Shown here one piece after another: positions 40,088 to 49,879 of a DNA stretch of 64,000 bases (positions are counted from its first letter, which is position 1; each line of letters starts with the position of its first letter). The stretch is taken from the NCBI GenBank assembly GCA_963735035.1, contig CAVTJJ010000004.1:704001-768000 (forward strand), written 5' to 3'. The notes under the pieces are model-generated. The model saw only the letters and a list, made by a program, of their open reading frames with translations. It was not told where the DNA came from and made no database searches. The translations under genes were made by a program, and so were the position numbers. The DNA is from an uncultured candidate division Zixibacteria bacterium (GTDB lineage: Bacteria; Zixibacteria; MSB-5A5; GN15; FEB-12).

Positions 40088-41281
40088 GTGTTTCAGACTG
40101 TCTACAACTGGCTGCAGGTTCAGGGTCTGGACGACCCGTTCACGCGATATCTCGCCTGGATGACCCTGGGCTTAGGCGTATTTCTTTTGGCCGGAATCGT
40201 TAACTGGGTTGTCAAGCGCATCCTGCTGACAATTCTCGCCGTCATCATCAAACGGACACCCACGACCTGGGACGACGCCCTGCTGGAGCGGCGCGTATTA
40301 CACCGCGCCTCGCATATTGCCCCGGCGCTTGTGTTCTATTGGTCCGCACCGACATTTGTGGCGCTGCAGAGCTTCATCGAGCGGGCTTCCTATGTCTACA
40401 TATTGATAGTAGGCGGTCTGGTGGCCTCGGCTTTTATCAACGCCGCGGTCGACGTCTACCAGTCAATGGAACTGTCACGCAACCGACCCATCAAAGGTTT
40501 GGCTCAGATTACCCGGATAGCGATCGGGGTCGTGGTCGCAATGCTGGCGATTGCGGTGCTGTTCAAACAATCTCCGCTCGGGTTGCTGGGTGGACTCGGC
40601 GCCATGACCGCCGTTCTCCTCCTGGTATTCAAAGATACCATTCTCGGCCTGGTGGCATCGTTCCAGATGTCTACCTCCGATCTAGTGAGAGTGGGTGACT
40701 GGATCGAGATGCCCAAGTACAGCGCCGACGGCATCGTGATCGATATTTCGCTCCACACGGTCAGAGTTCAAAACGGCGACAAGACTATCAGCGCTATTCC
40801 TACCTACGCACTCGTTTCCGATTCGTTCCGCAACTGGCGGGGAGTAGATGAAGCCGCCGGGCGACGCATTAAGCGTTCAATCTATATCGACCTGAGCACG
40901 ATCAAGTTCTGCAGTGACGAGATGCTTCAGCGGTTCTCGCGCGATCCCCTCGCAGCGCAATACATCAGTAAGAAAAAGCAGGCTGCTGGCCGGAATGAAG
41001 CCGACGTGCACTTCACCAACCTGGGTGTGTTTCGTGGTTATACCGAGGCATATCTGCGGCGACATCCAGCGATTCATTCGGAAATGCTTCTACTGGTGCG
41101 GCAAATGCAACCGGGCGAGTACGGTGTGCCGATCGAAATCTGTGCCTTCAGCAAAGAAAAGGAGCTGCCTGAATACGAGGCCGTCCAGGCCGAAATCTTT
41201 GAGCATCTCATGGCGACTGTGGCCGTGTTCGATCTGCGGGTGTTCCAGAGGCCGTCCGGCGCGGACATGTCGCATACCTAA
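40088..41281 (+). CDS. Mechanosensitive ion channel (MscS family, YbdG-like)
   Basis: GLGAMTAVLLLVFKDTILGLVAS, GDWIEMP, FRNWRG, RRIKRS, TNLGVFR, VFQRPSG. Confidence 0.9.
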   Translation: MFQTVYNWLQVQGLDDPFTRYLAWMTLGLGVFLLAGIVNWVVKRILLTILAVIIKRTPTTWDDALLERRVLHRASHIAPALVFYWSAPTFVALQSFIERASYVYILIVGGLVASAFINAAVDVYQSMELSRNRPIKGLAQITRIAIGVVVAMLAIAVLFKQSPLGLLGGLGAMTAVLLLVFKDTILGLVASFQMSTSDLVRVGDWIEMPKYSADGIVIDISLHTVRVQNGDKTISAIPTYALVSDSFRNWRGVDEAAGRRIKRSIYIDLSTIKFCSDEMLQRFSRDPLAAQYISKKKQAAGRNEADVHFTNLGVFRGYTEAYLRRHPAIHSEMLLLVRQMQPGEYGVPIEICAFSKEKELPEYEAVQAEIFEHLMATVAVFDLRVFQRPSGADMSHT

Positions 41282-41402
41282 CACACTGGTGACTATGTGT
41301 GGGCGGCACACGTCCTCGTGTGCCCCTCCTCTGGGGCAGACCAGGAAGTCTGCCGCCCACGGCCGTCCGGGGCGGACATGGCGAGAACCTAACACACTGG
41401 TG
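41250..41402. repeat. 42-bp imperfect direct repeat flanking a REP-like doublet
   Basis: 41250-41291 vs 41361-41402 match at 37/42; GTGGGCGGCA...TGCCGCCCAC (41299-41360) lies between. Confidence 0.85.
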
Positions 41403-41403
41403 G

Positions 41404-42264
41404 CTAAAGTCCCCCGGTCATTTCGCCTTTGATATTCAGCAGGTCCAGAATTTCTAGAGAGACTTCCTCAATGCCGCGTCGGGTCACATCTACGGTGTGC
41501 CACCCTTCTGACTCGTACAGATCACGGCAGAAGCGAAACTCCGAGGCCACTTCACGGATATCGCAATACGAGTCCATTTGGGCTTGAAAGCGATTCTCCT
41601 TGGCCAGCATGGACAGACGATGTTCCCGCACGAGCATCAGCGTTTCCGGCTGCATGAGCATGCCCATTATGCGACCGTGCGAGACTACCTTCAGGCGCGA
41701 CAGCAGGGTTTGCGTCATGGCACTGTCGCGGATGATGGGGATATTCGCCACGCGGAGACCGTGGTTGCAGGCCAGATACATGCTGATCGGCGTCTTGCAG
41801 CTTCGCGACGGCCCCACGAGGACGGCGTCGGCTTCTTCGAGCGTTGTGCCGCGGCCGTCGTCATGCTCGACCGTGAAACCGATCGAGTCGATCTTGCGGT
41901 AGTAGCGGTCGTCGATGATCTGAAGCAGGCCGGGCTGGTAATTCGGATGCACCCCCAGGAACTTGGACATGGTGTCGAGCATCGGCCTGAGTACGTTCAG
42001 GTGAAGCACCTTGCGCTTGAGCAGAGCTTTTTCGAGGTAATCGGCCTGATCGGTCTTGATAATCGTGTACAAAACGAGCGAATTGTGATCGAGCTCCAGC
42101 AGAATGCCGTCGATCTGTCTCTCATTTCGGACTTGCGTGTAGATATTCGAGAGCGAGAAGTGCAGGTCCTTCTGATAGTACTGCACGATAACGGCATCCA
42201 TCAGGCGTTTGGCGGTCCGTCCGGTGCCGTCAGAAATAATCACGATTTTCTTCTCGTCGGCCAT
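41404..42264 (-). CDS. Pyruvate/PEP dikinase regulatory kinase/pyrophosphorylase (PpsR/DUF299)
   Basis: ISDGTGRTA, FTVEHDDG, LVGPSRSCKTPISMYLA, IEEVS. Confidence 0.88.
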   Translation of the reverse strand: MADEKKIVIISDGTGRTAKRLMDAVIVQYYQKDLHFSLSNIYTQVRNERQIDGILLELDHNSLVLYTIIKTDQADYLEKALLKRKVLHLNVLRPMLDTMSKFLGVHPNYQPGLLQIIDDRYYRKIDSIGFTVEHDDGRGTTLEEADAVLVGPSRSCKTPISMYLACNHGLRVANIPIIRDSAMTQTLLSRLKVVSHGRIMGMLMQPETLMLVREHRLSMLAKENRFQAQMDSYCDIREVASEFRFCRDLYESEGWHTVDVTRRGIEEVSLEILDLLNIKGEMTGGL

Positions 42265-42416
42265 GGCGGAGCCTCACTTCTAATCGATTCTGGATCGCTC
42301 AAGAGCCAGGCTACGAAGATATAACAGCGGGTTCAAGGTTTTTTCCGGTCGCCCGGCGTCGAAAAAGGCGTTGCGCCACGAGGTCGCTCCGGTGATCTTG
42401 GGCCGGGATATTGATT

Positions 42417-43400
42417 ATGTGTGAACGTAACGACGACAATAGCAGGCTCAATCAGGTAAGCGACCTCGCCAAATTGGTGGACGTGCGCAACTGTATCTGT
42501 TGTCCGCGAGGGTGTCAAGCGGATCGGACAAGCGACACTCCCGGCTGGTGTAAGTCAAACGATGAGATGATGATTTCGTCGATCTGCGCCCATCGAGGCG
42601 AAGAGCCGGTCTTGAGCGGAGCGCACGGCATCTGCAATATCTTCTTCACGCACTGCAACATGCAGTGTATTTACTGTCAGAACTATCAAATATCCCGCAA
42701 CACGTCCGCGGCCGGTTCGCCGATGGCTCTGGACGAAGTCATTTCCGAGATCGAGGCGGTCCTGGCCTCAGGTGCTAAGGGAGTCGGGTTCGTGTCGCCG
42801 TCGCACAGTATCCCGCAGATGCGGCAAATTATGGACGCGCTCAGGGCGCGCGGTCATCACCAGAAATTCGTCTATAACAGCAACGGGTACGATAAAGTTG
42901 AGATCATTCGGGCGCTCGAGGGATCTGTCGATGTGTATCTGCCCGATCTCAAGTACATGGACGAGAAACTCGGCCGCGAATATTCGGGTACCCCCAATTA
43001 TCCGGCTGTCGCCACGGTTGCCATCAGAGAGATGTTTCGCCTGAAGGGCGCCAATATCTATTTGGACAATGAAGATGTGATCGAATCGGGGATGATCATA
43101 CGACATCTGGTCTTGCCGGGACAGGTGGAGAATTCGAAAGCGGTATTGCGTTGGATTGCCGAGGAACTGTCACCTTCCGTGCATGTCTCGCTGATGTCGC
43201 AGTACTATCCCACTCCGGCCGTGAAGGATCACCCGCTGCTTGGCAGGACGTTACACCCCGAAGAATACGAAGCGGTAATCGATGAATTCGAGCGTCTCGG
43301 GTTCTGGCGCGGCTGGGTTCAGGAGCTGGGGAGCCCGCACAGTTACCGCCCCGATTTCGATCTGCACCATCCTTTCGAACCGGATCGGGACTCTCAATGA
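42417..43400 (+). CDS. Radical SAM protein (PflX-like)
   Basis: CICCPRGC, HRGEEP, CNMQCIYCQNYQIS, YLPDLKY, IIRHLVLPG, MSQYYP. Confidence 0.9.
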   Translation: MCERNDDNSRLNQVSDLAKLVDVRNCICCPRGCQADRTSDTPGWCKSNDEMMISSICAHRGEEPVLSGAHGICNIFFTHCNMQCIYCQNYQISRNTSAAGSPMALDEVISEIEAVLASGAKGVGFVSPSHSIPQMRQIMDALRARGHHQKFVYNSNGYDKVEIIRALEGSVDVYLPDLKYMDEKLGREYSGTPNYPAVATVAIREMFRLKGANIYLDNEDVIESGMIIRHLVLPGQVENSKAVLRWIAEELSPSVHVSLMSQYYPTPAVKDHPLLGRTLHPEEYEAVIDEFERLGFWRGWVQELGSPHSYRPDFDLHHPFEPDRDSQ

Positions 43401-44155
43401 ACCTGGTAATTCTGACAGAGACAGATCAGACAAGCGCACACACGTTCCGACTGACCGATTTTCGTGCGGAGCACATCCGAACGATCTTGAAAGCAACCGA
43501 AGGGGACTCAGTAGAAATCGGGATGCTCAACGGACCACAGGGAAAGGCGCGGGTGGAGCGAGTAACCGCCGATGAAGTCATTTTGGTGTGTGACGTCTGG
43601 CGCGAAATGCCCCTTTTCAAGCCGGAAATCGACTTGATCTGTGCGCTGCCTCGACCACAGACGCTCAAGAAGGTGTTAATTACTTCCGCCATGATGGGGG
43701 TGCGGTCGCTTCATCTGATCCGAGCCAACCGCGTGGAGAAGAGTTATTTCCAATCACCCCTGATCGAACCAGAACACCAGTTGCCATTCTTGATCGAAGG
43801 ACTGTCACAGGGTAAGCTGACGCGTCTGCCTATCGTTCAGGTGCACGACCGTTTCAAGACTTTCTTTGAAGATGACTTAGCGAGCCTGTCATCTGATCCG
43901 TCCCGTCCCTCGCTGAAACTTCTGTGTGACGGCGAAAGCACACTTGCTCTAGACAAAGCCTTTGATAGCGAAGCTTCAGAAGTAGCCGTCGCGGTCGGAC
44001 CTGAAGGTGGATGGGTGCCGTTTGAGATCGAGTTGATGCGCGAGATCGGATTCCAACCGTTCACGCTCGGCCGCTGGACGCTGCGCGTGGAGCACGCGGT
44101 AACGGCGGCGCTGTCACAGATAGAGCTACTGCGGATGATGTCGGAAGAGTACTGA
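43397..44155 (+). CDS. rsmE: 16S rRNA (uracil1498-N3)-methyltransferase RsmE family
   Basis: LPRPQTLKK, VGPEGGW, LGRWTLRVEHA SPOUT motif. Confidence 0.85.
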   Translation: MNLVILTETDQTSAHTFRLTDFRAEHIRTILKATEGDSVEIGMLNGPQGKARVERVTADEVILVCDVWREMPLFKPEIDLICALPRPQTLKKVLITSAMMGVRSLHLIRANRVEKSYFQSPLIEPEHQLPFLIEGLSQGKLTRLPIVQVHDRFKTFFEDDLASLSSDPSRPSLKLLCDGESTLALDKAFDSEASEVAVAVGPEGGWVPFEIELMREIGFQPFTLGRWTLRVEHAVTAALSQIELLRMMSEEY

Positions 44156-44171
44156 GCATGACCGATGGCGG

Positions 44172-44939
44172 TCAGGCCCTGACGCCCACCGGGGCCAGAT
44201 AGATCACGAATTCTTCTTCGCCGTCCACCCCGATTACTTCATCCACCGCTTTTTGATCGTACGCGGCAATGGCGCAAGTCCCGGCGCCTATCGATTCGGC
44301 CGCCAGATAAAGATTCTGGCAGATATGTCCGGCATCGATGGCAATCAGCTTGTGCGCGACAATCGAATAACGCCACTCGGCTCGATAAGGGATCGTCGTC
44401 CATACGAACACGGCGGCGCTTTCCCCGATGAACGTCTGATTCATACAGGCCCGTGAAATCCGACCCGGCAGGTCAGGTTGGGCCGCCTCGGGCAACAGTT
44501 TGTGCTCAATCGCCAAGTAGCGGTAGAGCCCGGCAGGGAGGTCGTCAACCCGGTTCACGATCAAATAGGTCTCGAACGCATGGCGGCCGCCGCCGGAAGG
44601 AACATTGCGAAATGAGCGGACCGGTCGACCCTGGTCATTCACGATTCGTCTCAATCCCTGAGTGGCCCATAAGAGGAACGAGAGTTCTTCAAGGCTAAGA
44701 GCTTCCGGGGAAAACTTGCGTCGACTCTCGCGGCTGCGAATGGCGTCGCGCACCGGCATGTCTCCCAATGCGAATTGGTCAGGCCAAACCAGTTCTATCA
44801 GGCGGGAACTATCAGGATACGGTTTCTGTACCGGCGGCGGGTGAACTCCCGAGCGCTGGTCAGTCTGGAAGTCTGTCTGGGAGAACTTGCTCCAGTCGTC
44901 AGCTCTGAGGATTCTGCGGAAGGCTCGAAGATCGGTCAT
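44172..44939 (-). CDS. SagB/ThcOx family dehydrogenase (nitroreductase fold)
   Basis: RESRRKF, LLWATQG, RNVPSGGGRH, DAGHICQNLYL. Confidence 0.9.
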   Translation of the reverse strand: MTDLRAFRRILRADDWSKFSQTDFQTDQRSGVHPPPVQKPYPDSSRLIELVWPDQFALGDMPVRDAIRSRESRRKFSPEALSLEELSFLLWATQGLRRIVNDQGRPVRSFRNVPSGGGRHAFETYLIVNRVDDLPAGLYRYLAIEHKLLPEAAQPDLPGRISRACMNQTFIGESAAVFVWTTIPYRAEWRYSIVAHKLIAIDAGHICQNLYLAAESIGAGTCAIAAYDQKAVDEVIGVDGEEEFVIYLAPVGVRA

Positions 44940-45000
44940 GACACACCTCGGCGTCTTAAGTATAACTTACTCCAAGAATAACACGGCGAACGAGATAAGA

Positions 45001-46602
45001 CTATTGAAGAATCAAGATTAGAGTCGGGCCGCTCACCGGTTGATCGAGTGAGAACCACTGGTACTGAAGCCGCCAACTTACTCCGGCGTAGGTGAACCCG
45101 ATCGGTATGACTTTCGAATCGAGACCCAGGGCGAAGATCGGCCCGAAATCCTTGAGGTTCTCACCTAGTCCAATCGCGCAACCGCCCTCGAGTCGGAGCG
45201 CTTTGGGCCAGCCGTTTCCGGGCAGGTCAAAATCAAGCCCGGCGGTAGTGGTCAAGAGGCGGTCATTGACTTCATAGAACGAAGGCATGAACGTCGCGGC
45301 CACCGAGACATTCTTCACCAGCAGCAGATCGTCGAATATTCCATAACCCAAGCCAATTGATCCGCCGAAATGACTCTTCCCGTCACGTACGGTCAACTCC
45401 CCACCTGCCTGTACCAGCAGACCCTTGTAACTGGGAGGAGCGGTTCGATCCTGAGTGTATCGGACCGAGGCCCAGTTTGGGTCGGACCTGATAAGATTGT
45501 ATGCGCCGGTGGTGGACGGATTTTGCAGCGGTGCAGGAATCATCCAGGCCGGCACCGAAGCACGTGGACGGAGGAAATTGAGATCGAGACCTCTAGTATC
45601 AGGATCGTGAAGGCCGTCTTCGCGCAGTTGGGGATAGTTGTGTCTGATCCTGACTCCATGCTGATCGAGCGAATCCGTGCGGAAACTCCAGACAGCCGCA
45701 ACCGGCATGGGCAGGTACATCAAAGAGGGCAACCGGTATTTGCTATAGTATTCCTGAGCCCCCGCGCTTGACAGCCATTGTGCCACCAATTCCGAGGCCG
45801 GCCGACCGGGGGCAGCGACTTCCAACCAGCGCGACAGACTATCCGGCAGCGCCGCACCGTGTGACAGGTACCAGGTCACGAGCACTTCTTTGAGCGAGGC
45901 CGCACAGGCGTCATGAACCGCCTGGTAGGTCGGTGGATACCAGTTGAGGAGACCATCTCCGAAGGTCTGCCAGACTTCGCCGCGGGCGTTGACCGCGTAG
46001 ACACCACGATCACGATGGTAGTCATGCGCTTCTCTTCGATTCCGGCGCGCCAACCATGTGAACAAACCTTCACGATAAGAGAGAATATGCCCCGCCGCGA
46101 AAGCATCGGCCAAATACCCCTGGGCTTTCGCTTCCTGTTCGAGCGCCCATAGCAAAATGCCTGTGACATCGGTATCGGTACGAGCGGCTTGTGAGGCCAG
46201 TCGCAATGCCTTCAAGTGCTCGACCAGGAACGCAGCCGCAACATTTTGGGGGTTGCTCCCACGGCTGGATGATCCCAGTGGCGCATTCGCCAACTGCTCC
46301 AGAATGGTCATGCCTCTTTCGTGGAAACGTGCAGCGGCGAAATCATCGGCGGAGTGTAGCGCCTCTCTGTCGCCGAAGGTTGCGCCGCTCCATGCGGCAC
46401 GGCTTATTGATATCAGGCTATCCGACATACTCAGCTTGAATCCCGAGCTGTCGGCCGAAGATGCACACTCGCGCATTACAGCTTCGAAGACTGAATCGCC
46501 CAGAGTGCGATGTTCTTCCCGATCCCACGCCGAGGCTGTTGTCGCCAACATGCCGGTTGCGAGTAGTGCGAAGAAAGTCAGATGTAACCGGATGTGCTTC
46601 AT
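45001..46602 (-). CDS. Secreted protein: Zn-dependent phospholipase C-like N-terminal domain plus beta-strand-rich C-terminal domain
   Basis: Signal ASA then W-x4-H; YLADAFAAGH; HDYH..GV; GEVWQTFGDG; amphipathic strands in the last ~140 aa. Confidence 0.55.
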   Translation of the reverse strand: MKHIRLHLTFFALLATGMLATTASAWDREEHRTLGDSVFEAVMRECASSADSSGFKLSMSDSLISISRAAWSGATFGDREALHSADDFAAARFHERGMTILEQLANAPLGSSSRGSNPQNVAAAFLVEHLKALRLASQAARTDTDVTGILLWALEQEAKAQGYLADAFAAGHILSYREGLFTWLARRNRREAHDYHRDRGVYAVNARGEVWQTFGDGLLNWYPPTYQAVHDACAASLKEVLVTWYLSHGAALPDSLSRWLEVAAPGRPASELVAQWLSSAGAQEYYSKYRLPSLMYLPMPVAAVWSFRTDSLDQHGVRIRHNYPQLREDGLHDPDTRGLDLNFLRPRASVPAWMIPAPLQNPSTTGAYNLIRSDPNWASVRYTQDRTAPPSYKGLLVQAGGELTVRDGKSHFGGSIGLGYGIFDDLLLVKNVSVAATFMPSFYEVNDRLLTTTAGLDFDLPGNGWPKALRLEGGCAIGLGENLKDFGPIFALGLDSKVIPIGFTYAGVSWRLQYQWFSLDQPVSGPTLILILQ

Positions 46603-46603
46603 G

Positions 46604-47854
46604 TTACACCGCCGGCTGCCAGTTCTTGAGGAGGAAATTTATGGCGTTGTTCGCTAGTATATCGGACACAACCTTGTTGTCGCCGAATTCGTCCAGAAGC
46701 GAGCTGCGAAGGCGGCCGATCTGGTTTAGTCGATTCATATCGTTGGGCGGTCCGATGAACCCGGCGAAATCTGTTCCGATGCCTACATGCTCATAGCCGA
46801 CCAGCTTCACAATGTAACGAATCGCGCGCACAACGTCTCGAATCGAGCCCTGATCTTCAGCCTCCTGAGCCGTGGCATAGTTTGATAGAAGATATGGATC
46901 GAGTATCACGCCAATGAGACCGTCCCGACGCGCAATCTCCTGAAGATGTTCGTCGAGCAGAGAATACGGATGATCCCCGAGTGTGCGCGCGCTGGTATGT
47001 GATGCCACCATCGGGCGGGTCGTGACCTTGAAAATCTCCTCAAGGGCGGCGGTGGAAGCGTGGATCACGTCGACTATAATACCCAGACGCTCCAATTCCT
47101 GTATCAATTCCCGCCCGTAACCGCTCAATCCAAGCGCCGGCCAGGGGGAGTTGGCGTCGGGGAAGAAGGGATAGGCGTTGGCCGAAGTTGCCACCCCTTT
47201 GTTGAAAAAATGCGTCAGGCCGATCATCGCCACCCCACGGCGCGCCAGCAGTTCGGCGGTTTCGAGCCGGCCGCCGAGGGCATGAGCCCCTTCGACGGTG
47301 TGCACGACCGCAATGCGCCATTCGCCGCTTTCTTTGGGGACAGACAACAATGCACGAAGCTGACCGGGGTTGACGGCTAATGTCGCGTAGTCATGATACT
47401 TGGTTCGAAGATCATCCTCCAGCAAATCCAACATCCGGGTAGTATGAACGATGGCATTCGGATCGGGATCGGTCGGCATCGACAGCCACTCGTCGAACGG
47501 GTTGAAATGTGTCGCGCATAGAAGGTCAACCCCGGCTTCATGGCAGTCTTTCCAATTCATCCCGGAGCGATTGAAAGTTGTTTCAGCCAGTCGGGCAATG
47601 CCGGGATACTGAATACCAAGCGGTGTTTGTCTATTCCAGGAGTTGATTCCGGCATGCACATGCAAATCGGCCAGCACGCGCGGGGTCGAACGATCGGTCA
47701 TCCAGGGTGGTCGGCCGCACCCTTCCAGCCAGAGGAGGGGTGAGACCAGCGCGGCGCCAGCCAATGTGCTGACACCGGAAGCGACGAATTGCCGTCGTGT
47801 GATCTTCGACTGCATTTGTCTCGTTTCCCCGCTGTGATCTCGTCTTCTTGACAT
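46604..47854 (-). CDS. Membrane dipeptidase (peptidase M19) with Tat lipoprotein signal
   Basis: TRRQFV twin-arginine, LEGC lipobox; DLHVH, VEGAH, VDVIH, ASH, HVGIGTDF. Confidence 0.85.
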   Translation of the reverse strand: MSRRRDHSGETRQMQSKITRRQFVASGVSTLAGAALVSPLLWLEGCGRPPWMTDRSTPRVLADLHVHAGINSWNRQTPLGIQYPGIARLAETTFNRSGMNWKDCHEAGVDLLCATHFNPFDEWLSMPTDPDPNAIVHTTRMLDLLEDDLRTKYHDYATLAVNPGQLRALLSVPKESGEWRIAVVHTVEGAHALGGRLETAELLARRGVAMIGLTHFFNKGVATSANAYPFFPDANSPWPALGLSGYGRELIQELERLGIIVDVIHASTAALEEIFKVTTRPMVASHTSARTLGDHPYSLLDEHLQEIARRDGLIGVILDPYLLSNYATAQEAEDQGSIRDVVRAIRYIVKLVGYEHVGIGTDFAGFIGPPNDMNRLNQIGRLRSSLLDEFGDNKVVSDILANNAINFLLKNWQPAV

Positions 47855-47948
47855 AATCTTGATGACTCACCTCTGTCTTTATCCAAGCTACACCCGGTCG
47901 CGGCATGGGTCAAACTAAAACCGACGGTGTCCTTTGAGCCAAAACGAC

Positions 47949-47977
47949 TTGCCGAAAAGCCGCATATCAGCTATATT
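47949..47977 (+). promoter_or_regulatory. Sigma70-like promoter candidate
   Basis: TTGCCG-N17-TATATT ~60 bp upstream of 48039. Confidence 0.45.
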
Positions 47978-48038
47978 CCCTGTTCAAGATTACTCGCCTG
48001 GAGTACTGATCGAATAGTTGGCTAAAGTCGGTGATTGA

Positions 48039-49646
48039 GTGTTCATGCGGTTGCTGCGATGCGGCGCAGGGCTGTTCCTGCTTATAGCAGGAGTTTGCTC
48101 AGCGACTACTGTGGTTGTTCCTACCGATCAGCCTACCATCCAGGCTGGTATTGATGCGGCTGTCGACGGCGATACGGTGGCGGTTCTTCCAGGAACCTAC
48201 TCGGGTCCGGGCAACACCGAAATCCGATTCAACGCCAAAGCCCTCGTCCTCAGATCAACAGACGGCGCTGGAAGCACCATCATTGACGGCGCCGGAGTCG
48301 CTCGGGCCTTCAGCTTTCGCAATTCTGCCGGGCCGGATCCGGTCATTGAAGGTTTCACGATGATTAACGGCAACGGCGGGAATCAGGGCGGAGCGATCGA
48401 GTGCTTCGCTTATTCACCGGTCATTCGCCAATGTGTTTTCGTCAACAACACCGCCAGGTACGGCGGCGCGCTCTATTTCAACGGTGCTTTGGGGGCGAAC
48501 AAGAGCATGATCGGTGGCACGCCGGTCTTGATTCAATGCACGTTTGTCGGCAACGTAGCCACCGAACAGGGGAGTGTCTGCCACCTCAATTATGGAGTTG
48601 TCTCATATTTTGATCGATGCATCTTGTCGAATAACACTTCGTCATCCGGCTCGCCCCTGCAATTGGGTTCAGGTTATGGCAGGATTATTCTGGAATGCAC
48701 CGACATATATGGCAACCTGCCCGGCGATTGGATCGGGGTCATTGAAGATCAGTCGGACTCATCAGGTAACTTCAGTCTCCCGCCATCATTTTGTGACCCG
48801 GCGTCAGGTGATTATCGTCTGCGCGCTCACTCACCCTGCTCCCCGGGAAATAATCAGTGCGCCAGTCTGATTGGAGCTCTCCAGGACAACTGCTATCCGT
48901 GTCAGGACACCGACAGCGATCAGATATGCGACCTCTTCGATAATTGCCTCGAAGTACCCAATCTCGATCAGGCGGATTTCGACGGTGACGGGGTTGGTGA
49001 CTTGTGTGACGATTCGGACGCTGACGGCCTTCTTGATATCGACGACAATTGTCGGACGGTGGCCAATCCGCTTCAGGAAGATACCGACACCGACAGCCGG
49101 GGAGATTCTTGCGACAACTGTCCCGACATATACAATCCCCTGCAGGAAGACGCCGATCTGGACGGTATCGGCGACGCCTGCGATCCGGACATTGATGGCG
49201 ACGGCGTGACAAATACTATCGATGACTGTCCACTGTTGTCTAATCCCGATCAGAACGACATGGATCAGGACGGCGTGGGCGACGCCTGTGACCTCTGCAC
49301 CGGAGTTGACAACCGAAATGATGCCGACGGCGATTGCATTCTCGACGAGATTGACAATTGTCCTGGTTCTTACAACCCCAGCCAGGGATGTTGCTGCGGC
49401 CGAGTAGGCGATGTCAACGGCAGCGGCGACGAGCCGACGATTGGCGATATCGCCGCGCTGATAGACTTGCTGTTTATCTGTGGGTCGGACTGTGAGATTG
49501 AATGCCCGGCCGAGGCAGATGTCAATCAGTCCGGCGGCCTTAGCCCGTCAAGAGAAGATGTCTCCATCTCGGATATTTCATATCTGATTGACTACCTGTT
49601 CATCACGGGACCCGGCCTCGGGCTTCCCCATTGCCTCGAACCGTAG
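48039..49646 (+). CDS. Secreted protein: beta-helix domain, thrombospondin type-3 repeats, dockerin-like C-terminal domain
   Basis: VPTDQPTIQAGIDAA..GDTV..PGTY, GGAI/GGAL; ~8 DxDxDGxxDxCDNC-like repeats; CC..GDVNG..DI..LID.LF..ADVN..DI..LIDYLF. Confidence 0.85.
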   Translation: MFMRLLRCGAGLFLLIAGVCSATTVVVPTDQPTIQAGIDAAVDGDTVAVLPGTYSGPGNTEIRFNAKALVLRSTDGAGSTIIDGAGVARAFSFRNSAGPDPVIEGFTMINGNGGNQGGAIECFAYSPVIRQCVFVNNTARYGGALYFNGALGANKSMIGGTPVLIQCTFVGNVATEQGSVCHLNYGVVSYFDRCILSNNTSSSGSPLQLGSGYGRIILECTDIYGNLPGDWIGVIEDQSDSSGNFSLPPSFCDPASGDYRLRAHSPCSPGNNQCASLIGALQDNCYPCQDTDSDQICDLFDNCLEVPNLDQADFDGDGVGDLCDDSDADGLLDIDDNCRTVANPLQEDTDTDSRGDSCDNCPDIYNPLQEDADLDGIGDACDPDIDGDGVTNTIDDCPLLSNPDQNDMDQDGVGDACDLCTGVDNRNDADGDCILDEIDNCPGSYNPSQGCCCGRVGDVNGSGDEPTIGDIAALIDLLFICGSDCEIECPAEADVNQSGGLSPSREDVSISDISYLIDYLFITGPGLGLPHCLEP

Positions 49647-49879
49647 CCGGTTCGGCCTCCCGCCCTCAACTTCCTGCCATTCAATACGTTGAGTTGGCAG
49701 TGCCTCTGTCGGGTAAGGTGCCGCCAGCCCAGGCAGGTTTCGCTTGTTAAATCCCCGATTTGTGATAACTTGAGTCCGGTGAATTCGTCAGGGCCGGCCT
49801 GTACCAGAAGCCGCCGTTACCGACAACTATAATGTGACGGCACACTATCACGGCTTCAGGTTACAGGAGGCAATACACG

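Noticed and set aside
42417..44939. SagB-like dehydrogenase plus radical SAM as a RiPP cluster
   Set aside because: No YcaO, precursor peptide or exporter; the genes are on opposite strands and the radical SAM protein is PflX-like
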